NCBI GenBank assembly: GCA_046724925.1 | Contig: JBKOXM010000009.1 | Span: 1 to 33,112 of the forward strand | Source of the DNA: Actinomycetota bacterium | Lineage (GTDB): Bacteria; Actinomycetota; Thermoleophilia; Gaiellales; Gaiellaceae | Direction of reading: 5' to 3' | DNA: 33,112 bases | In this document: one piece after another, positions 15,811 through 23,319 of the stretch | Position numbering within the stretch: position 1 is the first letter of the stretch | Layout of the letters: every line of letters starts with the position of its first letter | Made by a program: the position numbers and the translations under genes | The notes under the pieces: generated by a model | Database searches by the model: none | Seen by the model: the letters and a program-made list of their open reading frames with translations, nothing else | Told to the model about the DNA's origin: nothing

Positions 15811-15835
15811 GGACGCGCGGATGAACCGCGCGTCC
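15811..15835 (+). terminator. Perfect 10-bp stem / 5-nt loop hairpin downstream of acs
   Basis: The sequence is ggacgcgcgg-atgaa-ccgcgcgtcc, 50 nt after the acs stop. There is no T-tract. Confidence 0.4.
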
Positions 15836-15864
15836 TGAAGGTCGGCAGCGCAAGCGCAGCCGAC

Positions 15865-15969
15865 GACGTCGCGGAGAACCGGGCGCTGGGCGACACGACG
15901 ACGCTCGCCGATCCGACCGTCGTCGAGGAGATCAAGGACCGGGCGGAGACGGAACGCACGACCGAGTAG
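15865..15969 (+). pseudogene. Orphan diverged copy of the last 34 codons plus stop of an acs gene
   Basis: It translates to DVAENRALGDTTTLADPTVVEEIKDRAETERTTE*, compared with the intact acs end at 15657-15761, DVAENRALGDTTTLADPAVVDEIKTRAVAEAPDE*. Both have the same length to a TAG stop. The copy is in a different reading frame from acs. Confidence 0.6.
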
Positions 15970-15998
15970 CCGTCACCTGGCAAGAGCGGCCGGAGCTC

Positions 15999-16685
15999 GT
16001 GAAGCCGGCGGGGGAGGCGACGCAGGACGCCTTTCCGGAGTACAACTACCACGCCGACGTCGTCAACCGATACTGGCCTCGGGTCATGGAGGAGCGAGCC
16101 GAGTTCCAGTTCAACCTGCTCGAGGGCGACGAGATCGTCGCGCGCGCGTGCACGATCCCGACCCGCTGGAACGGCTCGCTCGACGACCTCCCGGAGGGCC
16201 TCGACGACGCGCTCGCGCGCGGCTTCGAGGAGGAGGGTGCCAATGTCCTCTGCGCGATGCTGATCGCGGTCCCCGGCTCTCACCGCGGGCGCCGCATCAG
16301 CACCGACGCGCTGCGAGCGATGCTCGACCTTGCGCGCCGGCATGAGCTGACGGCGCTGATCGCGCCGGTGCGTCCGTCGTGGAAGGAGCGTTATCCGCTC
16401 GTGCCGATCGAGCGGTACGTCGAATGGCGGCGGGAAGACGGTTTGCCGTTCGACCCGTGGATCCGGATCCACGAACGGTTCGGTGGTGGCATCTTGCGCC
16501 CGGCCCCGCACTCGGTTCGTATCACAGGCACGCTTGCCGAATGGGAGGGGTGGACCGAGATGCCGTTCCCTGAAAGCGGCGACTACGTTTTCCCCGGCGG
16601 CCTCGCGACGGTCGAGATCGACCGCGAGTCCGACGTCGGGCGGTACTGGGAGCCGAACGTGTGGATGCTGCATCGCGTCGAGTGA
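15999..16685 (+). CDS. GNAT-related N-acetyltransferase-like protein (two-part fold, actinobacterial family)
   Basis: The 228-aa ORF has a GTG start. The acetyl-CoA-site-like segment is AVPGSHRGRRISTDALRAMLDLARRHELTALIAPVRP, and the conserved C-terminal part is EDGLPFDPWIRIHERFGG...YWEPNVWMLHRV. The family call is from memory. Confidence 0.55.
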   Translation: MKPAGEATQDAFPEYNYHADVVNRYWPRVMEERAEFQFNLLEGDEIVARACTIPTRWNGSLDDLPEGLDDALARGFEEEGANVLCAMLIAVPGSHRGRRISTDALRAMLDLARRHELTALIAPVRPSWKERYPLVPIERYVEWRREDGLPFDPWIRIHERFGGGILRPAPHSVRITGTLAEWEGWTEMPFPESGDYVFPGGLATVEIDRESDVGRYWEPNVWMLHRVE

Positions 16686-17731
16686 GAACCGTCCTGTGCG
16701 CCTCGGCGGTGCTGTTGGTCGGGGGTGCAGGTGCCGCTGCGGCCCGGCTCGACCCGGACCTCCTCCAAGCACGCTACGACCGGGCGCGAGACCTCGAGGA
16801 GCTGGAGCTCGCGAAGGCCAGGCCCGAGCTCGAGCGGCTGAGAAGGATCAGGCGAGAGATCAGGTGGGCCGAGGCGAACGACGGCAGGCCTGCGAGCTGG
16901 GGTCTGAGTCGACAAGTGCCCCGGCCGCGGCTTCCCCGCGGAGCGACGACGCGTGCTCGCAACGTGCGCTCACGCGATTCGCGCTTGGAAGGCCGGCTTG
17001 CCGAGATCGGGCGCGGTTACGGCGGCTGGATCGGGTTCTGGGTGCACGACTTGCGGACCGGCTCGGCCGCAGGCTGGAACTCGGACGCCCGCTTTCCCGC
17101 CGCCTCGACCGTTAAGCTCGGCGTGCTCGCGGCTGCGCTCTCTCGCTACGGGCCTCGACCCGAGCGCTCGCGGGTCTGGTACGACCTCCGCCAGCTCACC
17201 GGCTGGTCGTCGAACCTCGCCGCAAACCGACTTGTGGCGCATGTCGGCGGCGAGAGCGCTGTCGGACGGGCGCTTTGGCGGCTCGGCGCTCGCTCGAGCA
17301 CGTATCCCGGCCCCTACCGCGCAGGCACGGCCGTTCGCGCCGACGCGCCGAAGCCGCCGCCCCACGGCCACACTCGCGTAACGACGGCGCGTGACCTCGG
17401 GCGGGCGCTGTACGCGCTCCAGGCTGCGGCCACAGGCAACCGCTGGCTCCAGCACCGCCTCAGGCTCACCCGCCACGAAGCGCGACTTGCGCTCGATCTG
17501 CTCGTCACCTCTTCGTCGGCGGGCGAGAACCGCGGTGTTCTGCGGCCGTTCCTCGGTCGCACGCCGGTCGCCCAGAAGAACGGGTGGATCTCGGACACCC
17601 GCGCCACGGCTGCGATCGTCTACCGGCTGGGTCGTCCGACCATCGTGGTCGTGATCGCCTACCGGCCGCGCATCACGACGGACGAGGTGCTCGTGCTCGC
17701 CCGTCTCCTCGTCCAAGCGTTGCCGCGCTGA
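16682..17731 (+). CDS. Secreted class-A beta-lactamase-related serine hydrolase (PF13354-like)
   Basis: The GTG 16682 start overlaps the GNAT stop (GTGA) and gives the signal-like N-terminus RTVLCASAVLLVGGAGAAAA. The motifs are S-x-x-K (FPAASTVKL), an SDN-like SSN (GWSSNLAAN) and a KTG-like KNG (AQKNGWISD). A charged ~100-aa linker precedes the catalytic domain. Confidence 0.7.
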   Translation: MRTVLCASAVLLVGGAGAAAARLDPDLLQARYDRARDLEELELAKARPELERLRRIRREIRWAEANDGRPASWGLSRQVPRPRLPRGATTRARNVRSRDSRLEGRLAEIGRGYGGWIGFWVHDLRTGSAAGWNSDARFPAASTVKLGVLAAALSRYGPRPERSRVWYDLRQLTGWSSNLAANRLVAHVGGESAVGRALWRLGARSSTYPGPYRAGTAVRADAPKPPPHGHTRVTTARDLGRALYALQAAATGNRWLQHRLRLTRHEARLALDLLVTSSSAGENRGVLRPFLGRTPVAQKNGWISDTRATAAIVYRLGRPTIVVVIAYRPRITTDEVLVLARLLVQALPR

Positions 17732-17746
17732 GGCGGCGCCACTGGA

Positions 17747-19012
17747 TCAGGCGAGGAGACGCTCGAAGCGCGCCGGGTCGTCGAACGGCCCGATCGCGGC
17801 CAGGTAGAGGCCGTCGCGGCCGAGCACGTCCTGCGCCACCCGCTGGAGATCTCCAGCTGTGACCGCGTCAAGCCCTTCCAGAACTTCGCTCGGCTCGTCG
17901 GTTCGGCCCTCGAGCACCTCTCGCCTCAGGCCGAACATCAGGGTCCCATGGGGGCTCTCGAGCTGTAGGACGAAGCGTCCCTTGGCGAAGTTCCGCGCCT
18001 TCTCGAGCTCGTCGGCCGGCACAGGCTCGTCGGCGATCTTCTTCAACTCGTCGACGATCGTCCTGACCGCGTCGTCGATCCTGTTGATGTCCACGCCCGC
18101 CTGCGTGAACAGGGAGCCCGCGTCCGTGTAGCTGTTGTTCGTGCCGAAGACGTAGTAGGCGAGGCCGCGCTTCTCGCGGACCTCGGTGAAGAGACGTGAC
18201 GACATCCCTCCTCCGAGCACCGTCGCCAGCATCTGAAGCACATACCGGTCCGGATGCACGAGCGGGATGCTGCGCACGCCGATCGAGACGTGCGCCTGGT
18301 CGGATTGCTTCGTGTGCAGCTTGACGCGCGGTCCTCCGATGTCCGCGATCTGCACGGGGTCCGGGCCGACCGCCTCACCTGGGGGCAGGTCGCCGAGCAG
18401 CTCCTCGAGCCGCGCAGAGAGATCGCTGTCGAACCGGCCCGCGACGCCGACGACGAGCCGCGACGGCTTGTACCAGCGCTCGAGGTACTCCAGGAAGGTC
18501 TCGCGGGTCGCCGCGCGGACGGTCTCCTTGGTGCCGATGATGTCCCAGCCGAGCGGCTGGTCGCCGTACAGAAGCGACTCGTAGACCCCGCCGAGGTAGT
18601 CGCGCGGCGTATCGAAATACATGTTCATCTCCTCGACGATCACGCCCTTCTCCCGCTCGATCTCGTCGGGCGTGAAGCGCGAGTTGCGGAGCATGTCCAC
18701 GAGGACGTCGAGCGCGACATCGCGGTGCTCGGCGGCGCACTTGACGAAGTAGCCGGTGTACTCCTTGCCGGTGAAGGCATTGAACTCGCCGCCGATCGAG
18801 TCGATCTCGGTCGCGATGTCTTTCGCAGTGGGACGCGAGTCGGTTCCCTTGAACACCATGTGCTCGGCGAAGTGCGCGATGCCGCTGGTCTCTCGCGTCT
18901 CGTAGCGCGACCCCGCCGCGAGCATGAGGAAGCAGGTCGTCGAGGCGACCTGAGGCATCGGCGCGGTCAGTACGCGCACGCCGTTCGTCATCGTCATGCG
19001 CTCGTAGGTCAC
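17747..19012 (-). CDS. M16-family (pitrilysin/insulinase) zinc peptidase
   Basis: The inverted zinc motif HxxEH is present in GIAHFAEHMVFKGT. I set the start at GTG 19012, which overlaps the thioesterase stop (GTGA); the ORF-track ATG 19042 would overlap by 34 nt. Confidence 0.85.
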   Translation of the reverse strand: MTYERMTMTNGVRVLTAPMPQVASTTCFLMLAAGSRYETRETSGIAHFAEHMVFKGTDSRPTAKDIATEIDSIGGEFNAFTGKEYTGYFVKCAAEHRDVALDVLVDMLRNSRFTPDEIEREKGVIVEEMNMYFDTPRDYLGGVYESLLYGDQPLGWDIIGTKETVRAATRETFLEYLERWYKPSRLVVGVAGRFDSDLSARLEELLGDLPPGEAVGPDPVQIADIGGPRVKLHTKQSDQAHVSIGVRSIPLVHPDRYVLQMLATVLGGGMSSRLFTEVREKRGLAYYVFGTNNSYTDAGSLFTQAGVDINRIDDAVRTIVDELKKIADEPVPADELEKARNFAKGRFVLQLESPHGTLMFGLRREVLEGRTDEPSEVLEGLDAVTAGDLQRVAQDVLGRDGLYLAAIGPFDDPARFERLLA

Positions 19013-19416
19013 GCCGCGATCGGCGTCAGCCGTTGTCGCCATTCCTCGGGAATCTCGCGGGACTCGCTGCGCTCGTAGTCGTAGGCGACGAGCACGGTCT
19101 TCGCCTCCGCGACGAGCCGGCCGTCGGAGCAGAGCTCGTGCTCGAGCTGGAAGCTCTTCGTCCCCACGCGCCCGATGCGAACGCCGATCTCGACGTCGTC
19201 GCCGAAATCGACCGGGGCGCGAAAGTCGATCTCGGCATGCGCGAGGATCATCGTCATCCCACCGGTGTCGGGCCTGTCGAAGGCACCGAGCGAGCGCAGG
19301 AACTCGATTCGGGCGGTCTCGATCCAGGTCAGGAAAACAGCGTTGTTGACATGACCCATCGGATCGAGGTCGCGAAAACGCGCCGTCTCGCGGTGCACGA
19401 AGGGGAACCCCTCCAC
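19009..19416 (-). CDS. Hotdog-fold acyl-CoA thioesterase (4HBT/YbgC-like)
   Basis: Trimmed to GTG 19416, 10 nt after the upstream gene's stop. The sequence is EGFPFVHRETARFRDLDPMGHVNNAVFLTWIETARIEFL.... Confidence 0.7.
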   Translation of the reverse strand: MEGFPFVHRETARFRDLDPMGHVNNAVFLTWIETARIEFLRSLGAFDRPDTGGMTMILAHAEIDFRAPVDFGDDVEIGVRIGRVGTKSFQLEHELCSDGRLVAEAKTVLVAYDYERSESREIPEEWRQRLTPIAA

Positions 19417-19426
19417 CGGCGCGATG

Positions 19427-19750
19427 CTATCTGCGTGGTCTGTCTTCGAGCCGATAGACAAAGCGGACCGCCTGCCAGTCGTCGTCGATCGCCGCCGACT
19501 TGTTGTCGACGAGCCCGCCATCCAGGCCGATCGTCTGGACGTCTTCGAACGTGAGGTCATTCTCGATCTTCGAGGCCTTCTTCGGCCACGCGATCCAGAG
19601 GCCGTCAGCAGGCTTCAGCGTCCGTTTGAGCCCTGCGAACCGACGCTTCAGGTCGGCCCGGCTGGTCGTGAAGAAGACGACGACTCCGGAGCCGGCCTTG
19701 GCGCCGAGCTTCGTGGAGAGCGGCGTCGCCGAGGAGTCCTTGTGTGTCAT
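19427..19750 (-). CDS. DUF3052-like protein
   Basis: MTHKDSSATPLSTKLGAKAGSGVVVF...LKPADGLWIAWPKKASK...GLVDNKSAAIDDDWQAVRFVYR matches my memory of DUF3052. ATG 19750 overlaps the upstream stop (ATGA). Confidence 0.6.
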   Translation of the reverse strand: MTHKDSSATPLSTKLGAKAGSGVVVFFTTSRADLKRRFAGLKRTLKPADGLWIAWPKKASKIENDLTFEDVQTIGLDGGLVDNKSAAIDDDWQAVRFVYRLEDRPRR

Positions 19751-20715
19751 GCGTGTGCGGCCCAAGCCTCCAGGAGCTCTTGCTCACGCTCCAGCGCGAG
19801 CCCGGCATCGCTCGTCGTCTGAGCGCGCTCGAGCGTGTCGCGGATCGTCTCCTCGAGCGGCCGGAAGGTCAGCCCCGCCGCCACCGCGCGCGAGACGTCC
19901 GCCTGGAGCAGCCCGTTGTCCTCCTCGCACACCCAGAGCGGGAGCTCCATCCAGGTGCCGACCTCTCGCTCGAGCAGAAACTCCTCGGGGATCCAGACGA
20001 GTCGCGCCTCCGCCGAAGTCACGCGGACACACTCTTCGAGCAATGCACGCATCGTGGCCGGCGGCTCCGGCCCGGTCGCATTGAACACTCCCGTTGTCTG
20101 CGTCGCAGCCGCGCGCACGATCCATTCGGCGAGATCGCGGACGTCGATGAACTGCACCTGACGCTCGGGTCGGCCGGGCGCGAGCACGTCGCCGCCGCGG
20201 GCGATCCGGTGCGGCCAGTACGTGAAGCGGCCGGTCGGGTCGTGGCGCCCGACGATGACCCCGGGACGGACAAGGAGCGCACGACCCGTGAACGCGACGT
20301 CCACCTCGCGCTCGCAGAGGGCCTTCAGTGCCCCGTAGTGCTTCAGCACGTCCTCGCTGCCCGGCTCGGCGAGCTTCTCGAGCGGATCGTCCTCGGCGGG
20401 CGCGCCGTGGAAGTCGGCGTACACACTGACGCTCGAGATGAAGACGTAGCACTCGACGGCGGGGGCGAGCAGCTGAGCGGACGCACGCACGACACGAGGC
20501 ACGAAGCCGCTCAGGTCGACGACCGCGTCCCACTCGCGACCCTCGAGCGCACCGAGATCGCCGTCCCGATCTCCACGGAGCTTCTCGACCTCCGGGAACA
20601 GCTCGGGATTCGTCTGCCCCCGGTTGAAGAGCGTGACCTCGTGCCCACCGTCGAGGGCAGCCTCCACGATCGCGCACCCGAGGAACTTCGTCCCGCCGAG
20701 GACCAGCAACCTCAA
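19747..20715 (-). CDS. NAD-dependent epimerase/dehydratase-family (extended SDR) protein
   Basis: I chose the TTG 20715 start, giving (M)RLLVLGGTKFLGCAIVEAALDGGHEVTLFNRG. The 25 codons upstream of it in the ORF track use AT-ending codons atypical for this sequence. Confidence 0.75.
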   Translation of the reverse strand: MRLLVLGGTKFLGCAIVEAALDGGHEVTLFNRGQTNPELFPEVEKLRGDRDGDLGALEGREWDAVVDLSGFVPRVVRASAQLLAPAVECYVFISSVSVYADFHGAPAEDDPLEKLAEPGSEDVLKHYGALKALCEREVDVAFTGRALLVRPGVIVGRHDPTGRFTYWPHRIARGGDVLAPGRPERQVQFIDVRDLAEWIVRAAATQTTGVFNATGPEPPATMRALLEECVRVTSAEARLVWIPEEFLLEREVGTWMELPLWVCEEDNGLLQADVSRAVAAGLTFRPLEETIRDTLERAQTTSDAGLALEREQELLEAWAAHA

Positions 20716-20789
20716 GGCTTTAAGCCGCCGTAAAGATTCCGGAGCTGCACTTGTGATCGCCCCAAGCCTCTCGCTACGTTCGATTCGCA

Positions 20790-21740
20790 ATGGTTTGTAA
20801 CAGCTTGGGCATGGCTGTCGTCGACCCCCTGGTCGACGTCCTGAACGACAAGACGCCGCTGTATCCCCCGTGGGGTCGGATCGCGGTGATCGTCTTGCTG
20901 TTCGCGCTCGCGTGGACCGTTTCGCGCCTGAGCGCGCTTGTGGCTCGCCGTGTGCTCGCGTGGCACGATCGTCTCCACGCCGAGCCCACCGATGGGCTGA
21001 GCGACCGGATCACGAACATCCGGCGCCGGGAGACGAGCGTCGCGGTCATCCGAGCCGGGATTGCATACATCGCCTTCGCGACTGCGCTCGTCCTCTCGGT
21101 AGGGCAGTTGACAGGCGGAGTCGATCGCCTGACCGCCATCGCAGGCGCGTCGTTCTTCCTGATCCTGGCCGGCTTCGCAGTGCAGCGCGTGCTGACGGAC
21201 CTGATTGCCGGCACGGCGATGTTCGCGGAGCGCTGGTACTCGGTCGGGGACACGATCGTGATTCCGACCCTCGAGCTGCAAGGCGTGGTCGAGGACGTTT
21301 CGCTGCGCCGGACGAAGCTCCGTACCCTCGACGGCGAGATGATCCACGTCCACAACTCGCAGATTCCCGCAGTGCGGGTGCTCCCGCGCGGCGCGAAGGA
21401 GCTTGCGATCGAGGTCTTCGTCTCGGATCAGGACGCGGCCGGGCGCGCGATCGCGTCCGTGACGCCCCTGCTGCCTGAAGGCCCGACGACGTTCGTCCGT
21501 CGCCCGGTGATCGATCTGATCGAGGAGCTCTCCGAGGGGCTCGTGCGGATCCGTCTCACGGCGGCCGTCGCGCCGGGGCGGGAGTGGCTGGCGGAGGGCT
21601 TCTTCGCTGACCTGCTCCGAGAGCAGGCCGCCTCGGACGTGATCGTGCACGGGCCGGTCGCCCTGTCGGTGGACGAGGGCGCATCTCGTTCGTTCGCGCG
21701 CGCGACTAGGTCGAGCTGGGTGCCTCGGCCAGCGGCCTAG
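20790..21740 (+). CDS. Small-conductance mechanosensitive channel (MscS family)
   Basis: There are three N-terminal hydrophobic helices followed by the MscS core LTDLIAGTAMFAERWYSVGDTIVIPTLELQGVVEDVSLRRTKLRTLDGEMIHVHNSQI. The start could instead be ATG 20811. Confidence 0.8.
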   Translation: MVCNSLGMAVVDPLVDVLNDKTPLYPPWGRIAVIVLLFALAWTVSRLSALVARRVLAWHDRLHAEPTDGLSDRITNIRRRETSVAVIRAGIAYIAFATALVLSVGQLTGGVDRLTAIAGASFFLILAGFAVQRVLTDLIAGTAMFAERWYSVGDTIVIPTLELQGVVEDVSLRRTKLRTLDGEMIHVHNSQIPAVRVLPRGAKELAIEVFVSDQDAAGRAIASVTPLLPEGPTTFVRRPVIDLIEELSEGLVRIRLTAAVAPGREWLAEGFFADLLREQAASDVIVHGPVALSVDEGASRSFARATRSSWVPRPAA

Positions 21741-21746
21741 GATGGC

Positions 21747-22937
21747 CTAGAGAGCGCCGAGCTCGTCGAGGAGCCGGTCGACCTCCTCGACCGTGTTGTA
21801 GTGGACGATCCCGACCCGTAAGGCTCCCTCGGGCAGGCCGAGGCGCTTCATCACCTCGAGCGCGTAGTAGTCGCCGTGCCAGACGGCGATGTCGTGCGCC
21901 GCGAGCCGCTCCGCCGCCGCGCTCGGCGAGAGGTCTTCGAGCGTCAGTGCAAAGGTCGGCACTCGCCCGTCCATCGTCGGCAGGCCGTACAGCCGACACG
22001 ATCCGGGCAAGCCGGCGAGGAAGCGCTCGCCGAGCAGGCGCTCCTGCGAGCGGATCGCATCCCAGCCGACCGACTCGACGTAGTCGACGGCCGCGACGAA
22101 TCCGGCGAGCAGCTCCTGCGCCAGCGTCCCGCTCTCGTGGCGGCTCCCAACGGGTTGATCGGGTGCCGGACGCACCTTGTACGCACGCCAACGGTCGAGC
22201 AGGTCGCCTCTGCCGAAGGCGACGCCGAGGTGCGGGCCGAAGAACTTGTAGGGCGAGCAGATCAGGACGTCTGCGCCGAGCTCGGTGACGTCGATCGGTT
22301 CATGGGGAGCGAGGTGAACCGCGTCGGCCCAGGCGAGCGCTCCCACTTGATGGGCCAGCTCCGCAACGCGCGCGCCGGGGACGCGTGTGCCGAGGGCGTT
22401 GGAGGCGAGCGTGAAGGCGACGATCCTGGTCCGCTCGGTCAGTTGCCGCTCGAGGTCGTCCAAGTCAAGGGTCGTGTCCTCGCGAAAGTCGACGAAGCGG
22501 ACCTCCAGGTTGCGGTCACGGGCCAGCTCGAGCCAGGGCGCGATGTTCCCGTCATGGTCGAGCCGGGTGACGACGATCTCGTCGCCTTGCTCGAGCTCGC
22601 GCCCCACCGTCCGCGACAGCGCGAAGTTGAGCGTCGTCATGTTTTGGCCGAACACGACCTCGTCGGGTGTGCATCCGAGGAAGCCGGCTGCGGCCAAGCG
22701 AGCGTCCGTCATCAGTCGATCGCTCCGGCGGCTCTCTCCGAACGCGCCGCCGAGATTCGCGTTCGACTCCCTGAGGTAGTCCGTGATCGCCTCGATGACG
22801 CTGTCCGGCACTTGTGTTCCCGCCGGCGAGTCGAAGTGGATCGTCGGCGTCGCGAGTGACGAGAAGCGGGCGCGGATCGCCCCGACGTCGAGTGCGGTCG
22901 CAGACAGGGACCGCACGCTACCCGACTCTCGGCGCAA
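21747..22937 (-). CDS. Class V aminotransferase, cysteine desulfurase-like protein
   Basis: IRARFSSL...IHFDSPAGTQVP...ICSPYKFFGPHLG contains the PLP-lysine motif. The start is uncertain, either TTG 22937 or GTG 22916. Confidence 0.75.
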   Translation of the reverse strand: MRRESGSVRSLSATALDVGAIRARFSSLATPTIHFDSPAGTQVPDSVIEAITDYLRESNANLGGAFGESRRSDRLMTDARLAAAGFLGCTPDEVVFGQNMTTLNFALSRTVGRELEQGDEIVVTRLDHDGNIAPWLELARDRNLEVRFVDFREDTTLDLDDLERQLTERTRIVAFTLASNALGTRVPGARVAELAHQVGALAWADAVHLAPHEPIDVTELGADVLICSPYKFFGPHLGVAFGRGDLLDRWRAYKVRPAPDQPVGSRHESGTLAQELLAGFVAAVDYVESVGWDAIRSQERLLGERFLAGLPGSCRLYGLPTMDGRVPTFALTLEDLSPSAAAERLAAHDIAVWHGDYYALEVMKRLGLPEGALRVGIVHYNTVEEVDRLLDELGAL

Positions 22938-22950
22938 CTACAGTGAGCAT

Positions 22951-23247
22951 GTGAGTCCCACGACCCTGACACCCCCGAAGGAACGCATCGACCGCGGTAC
23001 GGGAAGCGGTCTCGGAGAGCCCTGGCGCGTGATCGTGCTGAACGACGATCACAACACCTTCGAGGGTGTGGCGTTCGCGCTCTCGAAGGTCATTCCGGGC
23101 GTCAGCTACGACAAGGGGATGTCGATGGCGAACCGGATCCACAACAGGGGCCAGGCGATCGTGTGGTCGGGCCACCGCGAGCCGGCAGAGCTCTACTGGG
23201 GCCAGCTGGCGGACTGCGGGCTCACGATGGCGCCGCTCGAGCGCTAG
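22951..23247 (+). CDS. clpS: ATP-dependent Clp protease adaptor ClpS
   Basis: Trimmed to GTG 22951 (98 aa). PWRVIVLNDDHNTFEGVAFALSKVIPGVSYDKGMSMANRIHNRGQAIVWSG is the ClpS core. TACAGT lies 6 nt upstream of the GTG. Confidence 0.85.
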   Translation: MSPTTLTPPKERIDRGTGSGLGEPWRVIVLNDDHNTFEGVAFALSKVIPGVSYDKGMSMANRIHNRGQAIVWSGHREPAELYWGQLADCGLTMAPLER

Positions 23248-23319
23248 TCACTCGAGGCCGGCTTCGAACCTCAGCACCTTTGCTCGAACCGGTACCGGCG
23301 AGCCGTATCCTCAGCCCGC

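Noticed and set aside
15762-16072. Simple 208-bp tandem duplication as the origin of the acs tail copy.
   Set aside because: Only the 105-nt coding tails are similar. The sequence following copy 1 (15762-15864) shows no resemblance to that following copy 2 (15970-16072). The excess of synonymous differences argues against a recent slippage event.
14184-16772. 862-aa minus-strand ORF antisense to acs and the GNAT gene. Similar long antisense or off-frame ORFs occur at 7279-9396, 5091-6035, 27572-28645, 31416-32672, 19744-20733, 20712-21650 and 21876-22859.
   Set aside because: The translations are Arg/Ala/Pro/Gly-rich low-complexity strings with no motifs. Each lies opposite or out of frame to a gene with strong family signatures. 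Long spurious ORFs of this kind are expected in high-GC DNA because stop codons are AT-rich.
16682-17731. Calling the class-A-like serine hydrolase an antibiotic-resistance beta-lactamase.
   Set aside because: SxxK and an SDN-like SSN are present, but the third motif is KNG rather than KTG/KSG and I see no Glu166/omega-loop equivalent. A long charged N-terminal linker is also atypical. A generic serine hydrolase is the safer call.
23260-23292. tRNA T-arm-like strings on the minus strand (GGTTCGAAGCC and GGTTCGAGC) downstream of clpS, considered as a tRNA gene or att-site remnant.
   Set aside because: No flanking acceptor, anticodon or D-arm complementarity could be built, and the putative T-stem halves do not pair.
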